A DNA stretch of 64,000 bases, from assembly GCF_018350175.1 (NCBI RefSeq), contig NC_058368.1, positions 3,968,001-4,032,000 on the forward strand. Direction: 5' to 3'. The notes under the pieces are model-generated. The model was not told where the DNA came from and ran no database searches. It saw only the letters and a list, made by a program, of their open reading frames with translations. How positions within the stretch are numbered: the stretch's first letter is position 1; each line of letters starts with the position of its first letter. This document shows positions 1-11,600 of this stretch, piece by piece. The translations under genes and the position numbers were made by a program. The DNA comes from Felis catus (taxonomy: Eukaryota).

Positions 1-832
1 TTGCTTAATTAACTAAGTCACAGACGATACCAATGTGATAATATGGGTGACAACATTTTTAAATTATGTTAATTTAATATTAACAGGAAGGGACAGTAGT
101 AGCAAGCGTAGACCATGAGAGGTGGCCCATGTGTGTGGCCAGGACCTGTCCAACGGCAGCCTTCCAGGAGAATAGAACAGTCATCTGGTGAAGCCCCTTC
201 AAGTTGTACTTAAAACGTTGTGATGTCAGGAGCAGATAGACGCAAACATGAGAAGTCAAGAATTCTGGTATCTCATTACCACATCATAATGTGACTACAT
301 ACTTCAACTGTATGACCTTGACAAAATACATACCGATTTTAATTTTGAAATAATGTCACTTGTTTCCGTCAATGAGGTCATGTTTATGATTGCATACAGC
401 CTGACTCATAATTGAAGTTGCTATCCCTTCTTACTGGGAGCTAGCTCCAAGTGAGGAGATGTCTGGCCTCCCACAAGATATATTCCCGTAAAGACCAACG
501 CAGATGAACAAGGAACTGGTATGCGGACTACTGAGTGACTAGGGTTTGCTAGAAGAGCAGGAAAAAAATAACTAGAAAAGAAACATCACCAAGTAACCAT
601 AAGAAAGGAGAGCAGACAGAACCCAAAGACTGGACAATAGCATGAGTAGGTTCCACGTTTAAAAACAATACAGTACACATTTCCCTTCTTTTCCTCTGAC
701 CGTGTCCCAGACCACAAGGCAAAGCTTTGCTTCTAATACTGTTCCGTCCACTACTTCACACAGGAGTGGCCAACTTCCCGAGAGTACAGACTGCACACAT
801 CAGTTTATATACATATATGATCGGAGTCCATG

Positions 833-1054
833 AGGGCACCCAGATGGCTGAGTCGGCTGAGCGTCCGACTCTTGGTTTCAGCTCAGGTCATGATCTCACG
901 GTTATGAGTTCGAGCCCAGCACTGGGCCCTGCACTGCCAGTGCGGAGCCTGCTTGCGATTCTCTGTCTCCCTCCCTTTATGCCCCTCCCACCCTCCCTCT
1001 CTCTCTCTCTCTCTCAAATTAAATAAACTTAAAATTTTTTAAAAGTTAAAAAAA
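833..1054 (+). mobile_element. Carnivore tRNA-derived SINE (SINEC)
   Basis: gggcacccagatggctgagtcgg head, gttcgagccc B-box, (CT)n, A-rich tail. Confidence 0.9.
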
Positions 1055-1488
1055 TAAGATTGGAGTTTGTAGATAAGAGTATGTAAATAAAGAAGAGTCC
1101 AGCCTTGTTTGCAGGGAAGAACATTCGGCCTGCCTGCGACACACCTTAATTCCTGCTAACAAGCGAGCGCCCTGGAGTGGGTGAGATTTGGCTACTCGAG
1201 AGGGTTCTTCTTTCTTCGTTCCCAGAATTTCAAACCTCAACTAATGACCATTTGTTTACATTTCAGTTTCAACTAGAATAGGAGCAAAAACCCCAATAGC
1301 TTTTACTCACTTTCAGTTAGCGTTAATCTGTGTGTCTGCTGTTCCTCCACACCTACGAGAAGGCAGCAGAGTTTCAAATATTTTAGAAACTAGGGAAATG
1401 GTTGGTGGCTAATCGGATGAATGTAATTGCCTCTTCTAGGAAAACAAAATCAACAGAAATCCCAACATTCACAGGTAAAAATTGTGAA

Positions 1489-1626
1489 GGGACGCCTGGG
1501 TGGCTCAGTGGGTTAAGCGTCCGACTTTGGCTCAGGTCATGATCTCATGGCTTGTGAGTTCGAGCCCCACATCTGGCTCTGTGCTGACAGCTCAGAGCCT
1601 GGAGCCTGCTTCAGATTGTCTGTCTG

Positions 1627-1658
<32 letters not shown>

Positions 1659-1677
1659 AAAAAAATAAATAAATATT
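1489..1677 (+). mobile_element. SINEC_Fc-like
   Basis: gggacgcctgggtggctcagtgggttaagcgtccgact...(CT)n, aataaa tail. Confidence 0.92.
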
Positions 1678-1678
1678 A

Positions 1679-1904
1679 GGGGCGCCTGGGTGGCTCAGTT
1701 GGTTCAGCGTCTGACTTCGGCTCAGGTCATGATCTCCCAGTTTGTGGGTTCGAGCCCCGCGTCAGGCTCCATGCTGACCGCTCAGAGCCTTGGAGCCTGC
1801 TTCGGATTCTGTGTCTCCCTCTCTTTCCGCCCCTCCCCTGCTTGTGCTTTGTCTCTCTCTCTCTCTCAAAAATAAACGTTGAAAATTTTCTTAAAGAAAG
1901 AAAA
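1679..1904 (+). mobile_element. SINEC_Fc-like, directly in tandem with the previous copy
   Basis: ggggcgcctgggtggctcagttgg... starts immediately after the A-tail of the preceding SINE. Confidence 0.92.
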
Positions 1905-2063
1905 TCTGATCATATAATGATCATCTAAGACTTAAGTCCCAGGCCTCATTTCATTTTCTATGCGGAGAAAAAACTAATCTGTTTGGAGCATTTGGAGATA
2001 CGAGTTTCACGCTGTCCCGCTCATCCCACTGGACCACTTCATCTCTTGTTTTCTCCCAAACAG

Positions 2064-2237
2064 CTCGTGCTTGACGCTGAAACCGTGTGTTTACCCAAGT
2101 TGGTTCAGGGGACTCAGGGCTCTGCCGGCAGCTCACAAGAACTCTATGAAATCTGTGTGTGTCCAGATGGGAAGCTTTACCTGTCCGTGGCTGGCGCGGG
2201 TACGACGTGCCACGAAAGCAGTCACGTCTGCCTCTGA
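2064..2237 (+). CDS. SGCG: Gamma-sarcoglycan, last coding exon (C-terminal Cys-rich extracellular motif)
   Basis: Acceptor ttttctcccaaacag| ends at 2063. Translates [57 protein letters not shown], matching the sarcoglycan C-terminus. 174 nt. Tail-to-tail with SACS, as in known synteny. Upstream exons lie outside the window. Confidence 0.96.
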   Translation, partial: LVLDAETVCLPKLVQGTQGSAGSSQELYEICVCPDGKLYLSVAGAGTTCHESSHVCL

Positions 2238-2760
2238 GCCACCTGCGTCTTCCACCGAACGCCTGCCTCATGTCCGTGAGCTTTACGGTACCGACCTCAG
2301 GCCTTCACACTGAGCAACCTAACATCCTATGAAACCGAGACGGCGGATGGGAAGTCGGAGGACGGAAAAACGTGCCAGCGGAAGCAGGATGCCACTACGC
2401 GCTCTCAGAATGGTGTCCACTTACGAGACACGGACGTCTAGCAACGGCAAACGAGGAAATGTTTGTTCCACTACACTTATTTTCATCAGAACCGCTGCGA
2501 CTTTTCCTTTTCTTTCTTGTAGATAATCTACAGTGAAAGATTGAATTGCTGTGTGGAATTAACTTAGGCTGCTCAGTTGTGAATATCTAATTCCCCACGG
2601 AAACAGCATTGGTCTAAATGCCCCCAAAGTTCAATGTGGTCCCATTATGTCACTGACACCCACGCACTCATTTTAACGCACAGCGTGTCAGGTCTCACGA
2701 GAAAACCTTCAGGTTTTAAGGGGACTTAGGTGGATCTGATTTTCAACATGTAGTCGAGGG

Positions 2761-2816
2761 AATAAATTCTACAAAATCAATCATGTTTTCTTTATGCATA
2801 GTCAACAAGCAATAAA
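2761..2816 (+). terminator. SGCG: SGCG polyadenylation signals (AATAAA at 2761 and 2811)
   Basis: Two AATAAA hexamers ~520-580 nt after the stop codon, with T/GT-rich sequence (tttgtcttttatgt) downstream of the second. Confidence 0.7.
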
Positions 2817-3685
2817 AATCAACCTACATTTTCACAAACTTCAGTTTGTCTTTTATGTCCTCTAATCCTCACTCCGGCATTCTGAGGTAGGTATCATTTT
2901 CCCCCAAGTTCCTGGTGATTAAAAAAAGGTTCAGCTAGGACAAGTCAGAAGGTCATCTAATAGCCGGTGAAGCGAAACCGAAACGTGAGCCTACGTGTCA
3001 ACGGCTGTTCTCGCTTCAAAAAACTCTGGCGTATTTTCTCATTCCATCCAAACACCAACTACATGGTAACTGTAAATGGGATGATATTCATTTGACAAGT
3101 GAAGTAACCCAAGTCCAAAGGGGTTTCGTCACCCACCAGGATCAGAGAGCCAGGAGGGGGTGGGACTCATAACTGCCCAGCCTGTGTATTTACTTCTGAC
3201 ACAACAGTAACGGACTGGCTGCTCCTTAGACTCTCTTCATTTTTGAAAATATGTTTAATACCAATGGGTTGCACGTGCCACTGTAGAAATCAAACAGGAC
3301 ACACTGAGCCTGTGAAAACGGGCTAGCTTTGTGTGAATGAATCGCTCGCTCATTTTGTTAAATGCCGGTCATCACAGAGTGGTGGCTTTTTGGTTTTTTA
3401 ATGTTTTGTATTGTTTTGTTTCGTTTTTGTGTTTTACCAGTTGCTGTAATTAGAATCTCCAAGTAGCACAAGACGTGGTAGGACCAACAGCATTATAACT
3501 TCCTATTTATAGGATTTGTAACTATAAACACCAGTTCAGATTCATTTTCTGCAGTCTCAAAACGGAAAGCAGAAAAGGGAACCCTGTTTCTAATATGTTA
3601 ACAAGGTGTTCATCTAACAGTGTAGCCCACTTACAACAAATCCTGGATTTTCAAATTGCTATGTGCGTAAAAACTGGAAAGTACA

Positions 3686-3887
3686 GGGGCGCCTGGGTGG
3701 CTCAGTCGGTTAAGCGTCCGACTTCGGCTCAGGTCACGATCTCGCGGTCCGTGAGTTCGAGCCCCGCATCGGGCTCTGGGCTGATGGCTCAGAGCCTGGA
3801 GCCTGCTTCCGATTCTGTGTCTCCCTCTCTCTGACCCTCCCCCGTTCATGCTCTGTCTCTGTCTCAAAAATAAACGTTTTAAAAAAA
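3686..3887 (+). mobile_element. Young SINEC_Fc-like with target-site duplication
   Basis: CpG-rich near-consensus body. TSD tggaaagtacag at 3675-3686 and 3888-3899. Confidence 0.95.
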
Positions 3888-3940
3888 TGGAAAGTACAGA
3901 GTGAAAATTACGTGTGTCCTGGTTAAGAGCAAACTTGACT

Positions 3941-4133
3941 AGGGCCGCCTGGGTAGCTCAGTCGGTTGAGCATCCAACTGTTGATTTTGGCTTAGGTCAC
4001 GATCCCAGAGTCATGGGATCCAGCCCGGAGTCAGGCTCCACACTGAGCTGGATTCTCCTTCTCTTTCTGCCCCTTTCCCCCATTTGCTCGCCGTCTCTAA
4101 AAAACAAAAGAAAACAAAACAAAAACAAAAAAC
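3941..4133 (+). mobile_element. Older SINEC
   Basis: agggccgcctgggtagctcagtcggttgagc..., (CAAAA)n tail. Confidence 0.85.
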
Positions 4134-6169
4134 ACAATCTCCAGTTTCGTAGGGGATGGGTGTTTTTAGATTTTAAATTGGTATTTCACCTTTTTCCATT
4201 TAGTTAAGTCCTGATTTTTTTAAGTTAATGTCTGCTTTCTTGTGACAACATTCCTACTGTCACGGTAAATAGTGTTGCCTTTGTTTTGTTTTGTCATATG
4301 CTCTCCTGCTCCCTGTTTGTGCAAAACAAACGTCTTCAAGCTCGGTTGACGCAAGGTCAAGAAAAAGAATCAAGGAGAAAGTATGGGGGATAGAACCCTT
4401 TGAATAAAAGACATAAATTAGGTGTTTTTTCGCTCTTTTGCTATCTGGAATCATCATGAAAGAAATTGGTATGGGTGGCTGCATTCTCCAGAGTGGCAAG
4501 GAATTTATCCTTGCTTAGAATCAAAGCTTTTAGATAGGCAGTATTCTCAGATGTATTACATACACCTGTCTTTTTGAACACGTCAATGCAGTGTAATTTA
4601 AATTTTCATTAAAGGTGTAAGATCATGACGATGACCATCCCTAACGGACATACCTGATGAGTTATGTGCACGGATACTCCCGTATACCGAGTGGTTGTAT
4701 GTAGACCGAGTGTTGATATGTGACCTCAAAAGTAGCCCCTCTTTTTCCATTTCCAAGCCAGCTGAGTGGACACGAGTCAGAGAGGTGAAGAGCAAAATGT
4801 TAGCTTTCATAGTAGAAACAATTTGATTTGCAGCAAGATGGACTGGCCTCCCTAAGCCTTGACAGCTGCGTATCCCAGGAAGCTCTCCCAAGCCGGGCGG
4901 GACGTGGGCCCCTGCCTTCGGTAGCTGGCCATGCCCAGGCCAGACGGAGGCACCTGTTCCGAAGGCAGCCACATGCCAGGTAAGAGGAAGGGGTGAGCTG
5001 CACGTGCACGGGTCCTTCCGGCCCATCCACCCACCAGGTTCGTCTCGGCTTTGGGGGTCGGCGAAAGAGCAGAAGCTGCTCCTTTCAAGGCAGAGCCAGC
5101 CCCTCACACTAAGGCCGTTAGGCGGTGGGAGCTTTAGGCTTTTGCCCCTTCCTTCCCCAGAACGCTCCCTACTCAGTGGTAGCAGTTTGCCCTACGTTAG
5201 GTTCCACTTCAGACTTCCTGTGGTTTCAAAACCAAACGCTTGTTATCAGGTAGAACAGGTGGCCCAAAGGGCGGCGCTAATTAAAATCCATTTTTTACCG
5301 TAGAGACAGTGCAACTTCGATTTTGTCCTCCTAGATCCCAGCTTTGCGGTCAGAGTATATGAGGGTATTTCCCGAGCTGCTTACCAACCATGAGAGAAAG
5401 AATATGCATTTTAAACACATAATATTTTTAAATAAAACCTCATGCTGGCTTTAGCATACGAGTAGACTGGGCTCTCAGTGCAGACAATTCTCACCGGTCT
5501 GTGCAAACCGACAGCCAGGATGGAACGCGGGCCTTCACGCCTCCAACACCTGCCCTAACGCCTGCGCACAATGCTGAGGGGCTGTTGAATGAGTGAATGA
5601 ATGAATGGCACTGCTTTCAGCCATATCTGCTCAATGGAAAAAGCTTTGGAAGCCAAAGGGTGAGGACGGTCCACGGGCAGACTGTCTCGGCTTGAGCCCC
5701 GCCTGGGGGAGTTGGCCGCCTGTGGTGTCCCCCTGCCCTCTGGATTGCACGCTCGCCAGCCCCCACAATCACGGTCACTTCCCGGAAATAGAGGTCTTCA
5801 CGTATGTGTATCCGTGCACCTTCTACTGGTCCTGGGTTCTCGGGTAGCACCCTGCTTAATGCATGACTAATTAAAACCTGTAATTGCTCTCCCAGCACTA
5901 CAAATTTTAACCTTGAGATCTGCAGAACGTCTTTAGTAGGGAAGATGTCCATGGGCACTGACGGGAGAGAATCCCACACACCTGCTCATCAGACCCGTGA
6001 ACCCCTCATTTGATTAAAACGATTTGTACATTTTTGCCAGCATCATCCTTGGGCTCTCGGCGTTCCCCCCACTCTCCCCGCTGCCTTTGAAACTATCTGG
6101 TTTGCAGGGGGTCACCCTGAGTTCCCCGTGGACGCTGTGAACATCTCAGCCTGCAGGGGGCGCTTCCCT

Positions 6170-6194
6170 CCCCCCCCCCACCCCCCCCCACCCC

Positions 6195-6231
<37 letters not shown>
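6170..6231. repeat. Poly-C / poly-G tract
   Basis: ~60 nt of almost pure C, including an uninterrupted C36 at 6196-6231. Confidence 0.95.
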
Positions 6232-6233
<2 letters not shown>

Positions 6234-6364
6234 CAGCGAAGAACCAGCCTACTCCTTCCTGGACTGCAGCTGCTGCACACGCAGGCCCAGTTTCCATTTT
6301 CCAAAAGGAGGAAAAGCAAATAGGGGGAAAGCATAAAATAAGAAAATACAAAAATTAGTTCACG

Positions 6365-6660
6365 TCAAATATTCCCTAACCCTGAATTTCAAAGTCCAAA
6401 AAGCTCCAAAAATCCGAACACTTTGCAAATGCGTCTGCTGCAAACTACTGGTGGCAAGATCTGACCTAACTTAAGGTGAGGTTATTTATCACGTCTGCAC
6501 GTTCAGCTTAGTGTGAGTGTCCATGGGTTTCCCGGCAGGAATTTAATGTGTTTAAGAGCGCTACCCAACCCTGATGGGAATGCTCATATTAACTTTCTAA
6601 AGTCTGATTTCTGAAATAGATTTGGATCCAAGGGTTTTATATAAGGGATTATGAACCTGT
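6365..6660. mobile_element. TcMar-Tigger non-autonomous relic (MER46C-like)
   Basis: Ends in ccaagggttttatataagggattatgaacctg, resembling the MER46-type terminal repeat. Internal aaagctccaaaaatccgaa motif. Family assigned from memory. Confidence 0.55.
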
Positions 6661-7334
6661 TTTTTTTTTTAAATAAGTATAGAAAAAGAACCCCAACTAA
6701 CCTCAACTAGCATAATGGCCAGACAAGGTTTTCTGTGTAAATTTCAGTATCAAAAAACAGTAAAATATGTTCCAAGTGCTAAGTGTGAGTTTCAAAGGAG
6801 CAAGCTCTTCTCAAGACAGTTCCAGACAGCTAGCCATCCAGAATTTGCTAAACCCCAGAACAGTAAACTCTTAGCTCTGGTCTACCTAGCCTTGAAGACC
6901 TGTGCCTCAGGTATTAATGATGAACATTTTCTGTTAGGGCTCAAGTGTAAATTAGCCCCAGACATGCGGCCCTCTGCTGGGGCAAGGTCAATATCAATTC
7001 GGCCTCCACCTATGGAAGAACCGTTATTTACTGGGTCTACTTCCGAAGATACATATGTATATATGCATATACACCCATAATGTATACGTCAGCTAATCAT
7101 ATTCCCTAAAAAGGAAAAATGAAGTCTTAACAAAACCAGTGAGCACCTAATAAACTCAGTATATATCAAGTACTTTATATTCAATCATAAAAAAGAGCCT
7201 ACTAAAATGCTAATATAAAATGTAATAAAAAATTCTATCCTAAATATTTCCAATAAACATACATATATGCACATATCAAAAACTTTATATAGGAAGGTAC
7301 TAAGTTTGCTTTTCAGGAAATACCAGTTACAATA

Positions 7335-8690
7335 ATTTCATATGTACATTTGCTTTATTAAAAGTATGGCACTTAATATAATAGCAGAAGTAATTACATA
7401 GCTTCACATCCAGAAGCAATACAATAGTGGAGGCACAAACATTCCTTATTACCAATAAAAGTAAAAAAGTTTTAATATGTTCCATAAGCCCTTAATTGCA
7501 TAAAATATTATATTTAGCATCATTTACAGCCAGCACACTTACATAAACTAATAATTATCATTACCTCTCTTTTACATTCTGCCAAAGAAATATGCCGAAG
7601 TGAATACAATATAGGAGGACACTCAAGCATGAGAAAAATCAAATGTCAGTTCTGAATCATTCATGGGGAAAATGCAATAAACTGTCACAAGCTACTGGAC
7701 ATTGTCACAAGGATTTCACACTGATTTTTTAACGTCTTCAAAAGTAAAATCCAAGAAACTCCGCTAAGTGCCATGTGGAAAGAAAAGCTTTGTTTTAACT
7801 GCAGCACCTTTAGACAACAAAAGATTGCATCCTGTTCAGTCACGCTATATAAATTATGATATTTGTGGAAAATATGTACAAACAGAAAGCGAATGTTCTA
7901 ACAGTTGACAAATGTCGTTTTGGTACGCAGTTCTTGGACGCGATATTAACATCTGGTGATGAGAACTGCCGCCGTTTTGAGTTTTCCAAACATCATCTTC
8001 ATGAGATAAGGAGCCTGTAAACATAAGGTGTAAAAAACCACTTAAAAGAAAGATGTAAAGTGCACTCAGTGCACCCTAAGGAGTACTATGTGCATACTCT
8101 TAATCAAGTAATATTCAGGATTAAAATACTGTACCATTTTTTAAATGTACTATTTACGATGTAAAATTGCAACAAATTCATAATCAGATCCAGCTGATAA
8201 TGATGCATCCAAAAGAGGATCTAATTAAAGAAACGATCAGCTCCAAAGACTTGATTCCCCTTATTTGTTGAAACCAGTGATATGTCCAGTGTTTCATAAG
8301 CTCCTTCAAAAATACCGCGTTAAAAACATAAAAGATACCTCCATCCTGATCACGGACACACACAGACTCGCACCGAACAAACCGCTAAGCTTTGGTTACA
8401 TAAAGTGCAGTTCAGTAATGTGCCATCCTAGCCATTCAAACACATCTAGCAATTCTGCAGCTTACCACCTTCAAAATAATTTTCTTTTAATGTCGGCTAA
8501 GGTCCTCTGTTGATATGCATGTTAACAACAACTCCAAAGTTCTTCCCAAACAACCTGCAATGTGCTTTACCATTCTTAAATAACTAACTGGCAATGAAGC
8601 CTAAGGACGTACAGCATTCATACTTGTGCTACAACACAGTCAAGGTCTGGCTCTGCTTTTTTTTTTTTTTTTTCTTTTCCTTTAAATACC
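7335..8690 (-). other. SACS: SACS 3'UTR (3' end approximate)
   Basis: AT-rich sequence with no recognisable repeats between the stop codon and the AATAAA at 7354-7359. Confidence 0.75.
7354..7359 (-). terminator. SACS: SACS polyadenylation signal AATAAA
   Basis: tttatt on + (AATAAA on -) ~1.33 kb after the stop codon. A weaker ATTAAA lies at 7471-7476. Confidence 0.7.
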
Positions 8691-11600
8691 TCACACCTTC
8701 TGTTGTATAAAATTTTCAAGTTTTATGATGATACAGGCGGTACATTCCATCACCCTCATGGCAACCTCAGAAGTGAACCTGTCGTTTGGGATCTGCGGGA
8801 AAGGAAGCAGATCAGGGTATCTTGTTTTTAAACTGTCTACGCCATAGGCCTCCAGCGTGTGGACATCATTCGTCAGTCCTTCAAGCTGCTGACTGTACTC
8901 CTCTATTTTCTGTGCGAGTGCGGTGGGCTTTACATCTTTATCGGACTTCCCTCTCACAGCGTAGTCAGCGGCGATCAAAGCTAACTTGGTAGAGAGGTGA
9001 CATTTGAAACACACCCATTCATTGGCGTTTTTATGAAGGTCATTCCTGGCAGCTGAAAAATTTGCTCTGGCCTGTCTTAACCATCTACGCGCTTCAACCG
9101 GATTGCCAACCGACTTGAAAGTGGGAGGGACAAAGAACCTCTGAGAGTAAGTCTGTCCAGCTGAAGGTGTGCTTTTTTCTTTATTTTGTTGTTGCCTTTC
9201 AGATTTATGGCTCGTTGCTTCTTGATTCCATGAAGTATAAAATCTTTGAAACGAGTACTTGTCTGACTGAAATCGGGATGCTGAGGTTGAAAATGTTCGC
9301 CTTGAGGTTCTGTCTGCATTTTGATCTAGAAAAGCCTGCTTCTCTAGCCTGTTGATTTCATTCTGCAAATGTTTAAAAACTTCATTAGCAATGTCATGAT
9401 TCTCTGGATTTTTGTCAGGGTGCCATTTCAAATACAACCGCCTAATAATCTTTTTCCTTTCCGATTCTGGAAGCTTCCAAGCTTGCTCCACCACTGATGT
9501 CACTTCTCTTAAAATTTCTGGTAAAGAATTCACCTTGAGCTTTTTGGGGGACGGATGCTTCGAGGATGAGGTCTTTTGGCTCTCTCTGCCGGAGAAAAGA
9601 GGAGGAATGGTTCGTAGACCAGGGGCTAGGAACTCGGTAGGGCTGGTCGGTGTAGAAGGGGCACTGTCTCTGCTTTGAGAGCTTTCCTCGGGCCTTGAAA
9701 ACTTATAGAGATCGAGAGAGCTAACTATTTTATATTCACTGTAACCAATATCAATCTGATAGATCTTTCCCAGAAAACTAGAATTATCAGCATCTTCTCT
9801 TTCAACTTCTTGTACGATAATTGCATACGTATACGTTGGCTGGTACGATCCATAGATATCACCACCTTCAGCATCAACAAGGTACCCAACGTATTCTCCC
9901 GGGTAAAAAACATTCATTGGATCCATAAGCAGAGTATAATGGATTTCAGCAGGTATTGGAGTGCCGGGCATCGGAAGTTCAAGTTTCGATGGTTCAGAAG
10001 AGTCGTATTTTACTCCTAAACTGTCAAGTTTCTCACTGATCCTGTAAATATCATTGCAACCTAGCATAGCAATTAAATACGAAGTGTCAGAGATCAGATT
10101 GTCCGTCGCAGACTTCAGCGTCATTGCCAATGCTAACAGGAAGTTAATGTCCTTGCTGTCTGAATGCTGTATGTATAGCAGAATGACCGCGTTGCCAAAT
10201 CTCTTCAAAAAAGCAAAAGTTTCACTTCTGCTGTGGGGAATAGGGTTAAAACCTTTAACTCTCAGTGTGGTTTGAAGCTTTTCAAAACAAGACACTTTCA
10301 ATCCTTCTCTTAGGGCTTTGCAAAGTCTTATGGCTTTTTCTTCATTGGCCAGGAAAGCATTATCATTTTCATGCTTCATAATTCTAATCAGTCCTGTGAT
10401 GAACTGTTCCGAAGACAAGAGTAGCTGCAATCTTCCCTGAAGAGAACACAATGCTCCAAACTGACAAACTTTGGGAGTCTCCTCATCTAGCTGTTCTTCA
10501 AGTATACTGCTCAGTAAACGAGGTCTAAGTTTCTGAGGAAAGAGCATTATCAATTTAGTGTGAAAGCCATGGTCCTTCCCTAGGTAGCACTGGCTAAGGT
10601 CAACCAACATCTGCACGCCGATATTCCCCTGGATTCTACTTTTGTAATGTGGCGCGTCATCAAACACTAAGATGCTCGACTTCACCAGTCTGCCATCCTG
10701 GCTTGGAAGGTACAGCGCGAGGTCTCGGACGTTCTCGAGATCACTCCTCACCTTGACCGAATCATTTTGCAGACTCTTGAACAAGCCGGAAACTACTCTC
10801 TTAACCGTGCGCATTTCATTAGGATCTAACTGTTTTCCTTCAGAATTTTTGAATATGCGGCTCAACACTTCAACATATTGCTTGGTTGAAATAATATCTT
10901 CAGTACCTAGGTGTTTGAACAACTGGTGAAACGTGCCAAGTTCTAAAGGCAGCTTGTACAAGTAAGGTTTAAAATCGGATTCGTATTCTAGATTTATCAC
11001 TACCTCCTCAGGCTTCAGGAGTTTCCAACCATCTTCCACCATTACAAAAGCAACACCCCGCAGCTGAAACCGAAACTCCCTTTTTTCTGCACTGAGAAAT
11101 TCATATATGCTCCTTAAGACCTTTGCTCTAGTTTTTACCATCTCTTCATCCAATGTTGTTATGTTGCATATGTTTCTGCAGTTATTAATGACCTTATCAA
11201 GAGGAGGATCCAGGTTAACATTAAGCATACTTAAAACTTGTTCGAGCTGTTCCTGCGGACCAAGGTCACTACCTTCCTGTTCTCTGATGCTCAAGGGTGT
11301 GGCCTTCTCTGGAAGAATAGGGCAGGATGTCCATAAGAGCTGGAGCACATCACACTGCTTGAATTTGGGGTTTACTTGTGCTCCATTGAACTTTATGAGA
11401 GGAAGCGTTCCATTGACCTCTTGATATTGAGGATGAAACCTAATGAACTCTGCAGGGGCCCGCTCAGGACACAAGAACGGTATTAGAGAAAGTTCTTTCA
11501 GAAAATTGCCAGATAACAAATCCATTCGTTCTTGGAATATGTGATGGAGAAGGATATCAACTGTATTTTGCAGTGTTTCCTTAGACCAGTTTTCTGTATT

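Noticed and set aside
727..1875. Recurrent ORFs of the type [16 protein letters not shown]..., here and at other SINE positions
   Set aside because: Translations of SINEC elements, not genes.
3686..3780. tRNA-like A/B boxes
   Set aside because: tRNA-derived SINE heads followed by (CT)n and A-tails, not tRNA genes.
6112..6358. Poly-Pro and poly-Gly ORFs
   Set aside because: Translations of the poly-C tract.
8691..9520. HEPN, DnaJ and GHKL domains as a novel defence or toxin system
   Set aside because: This is the established domain architecture of sacsin, a single known vertebrate protein.
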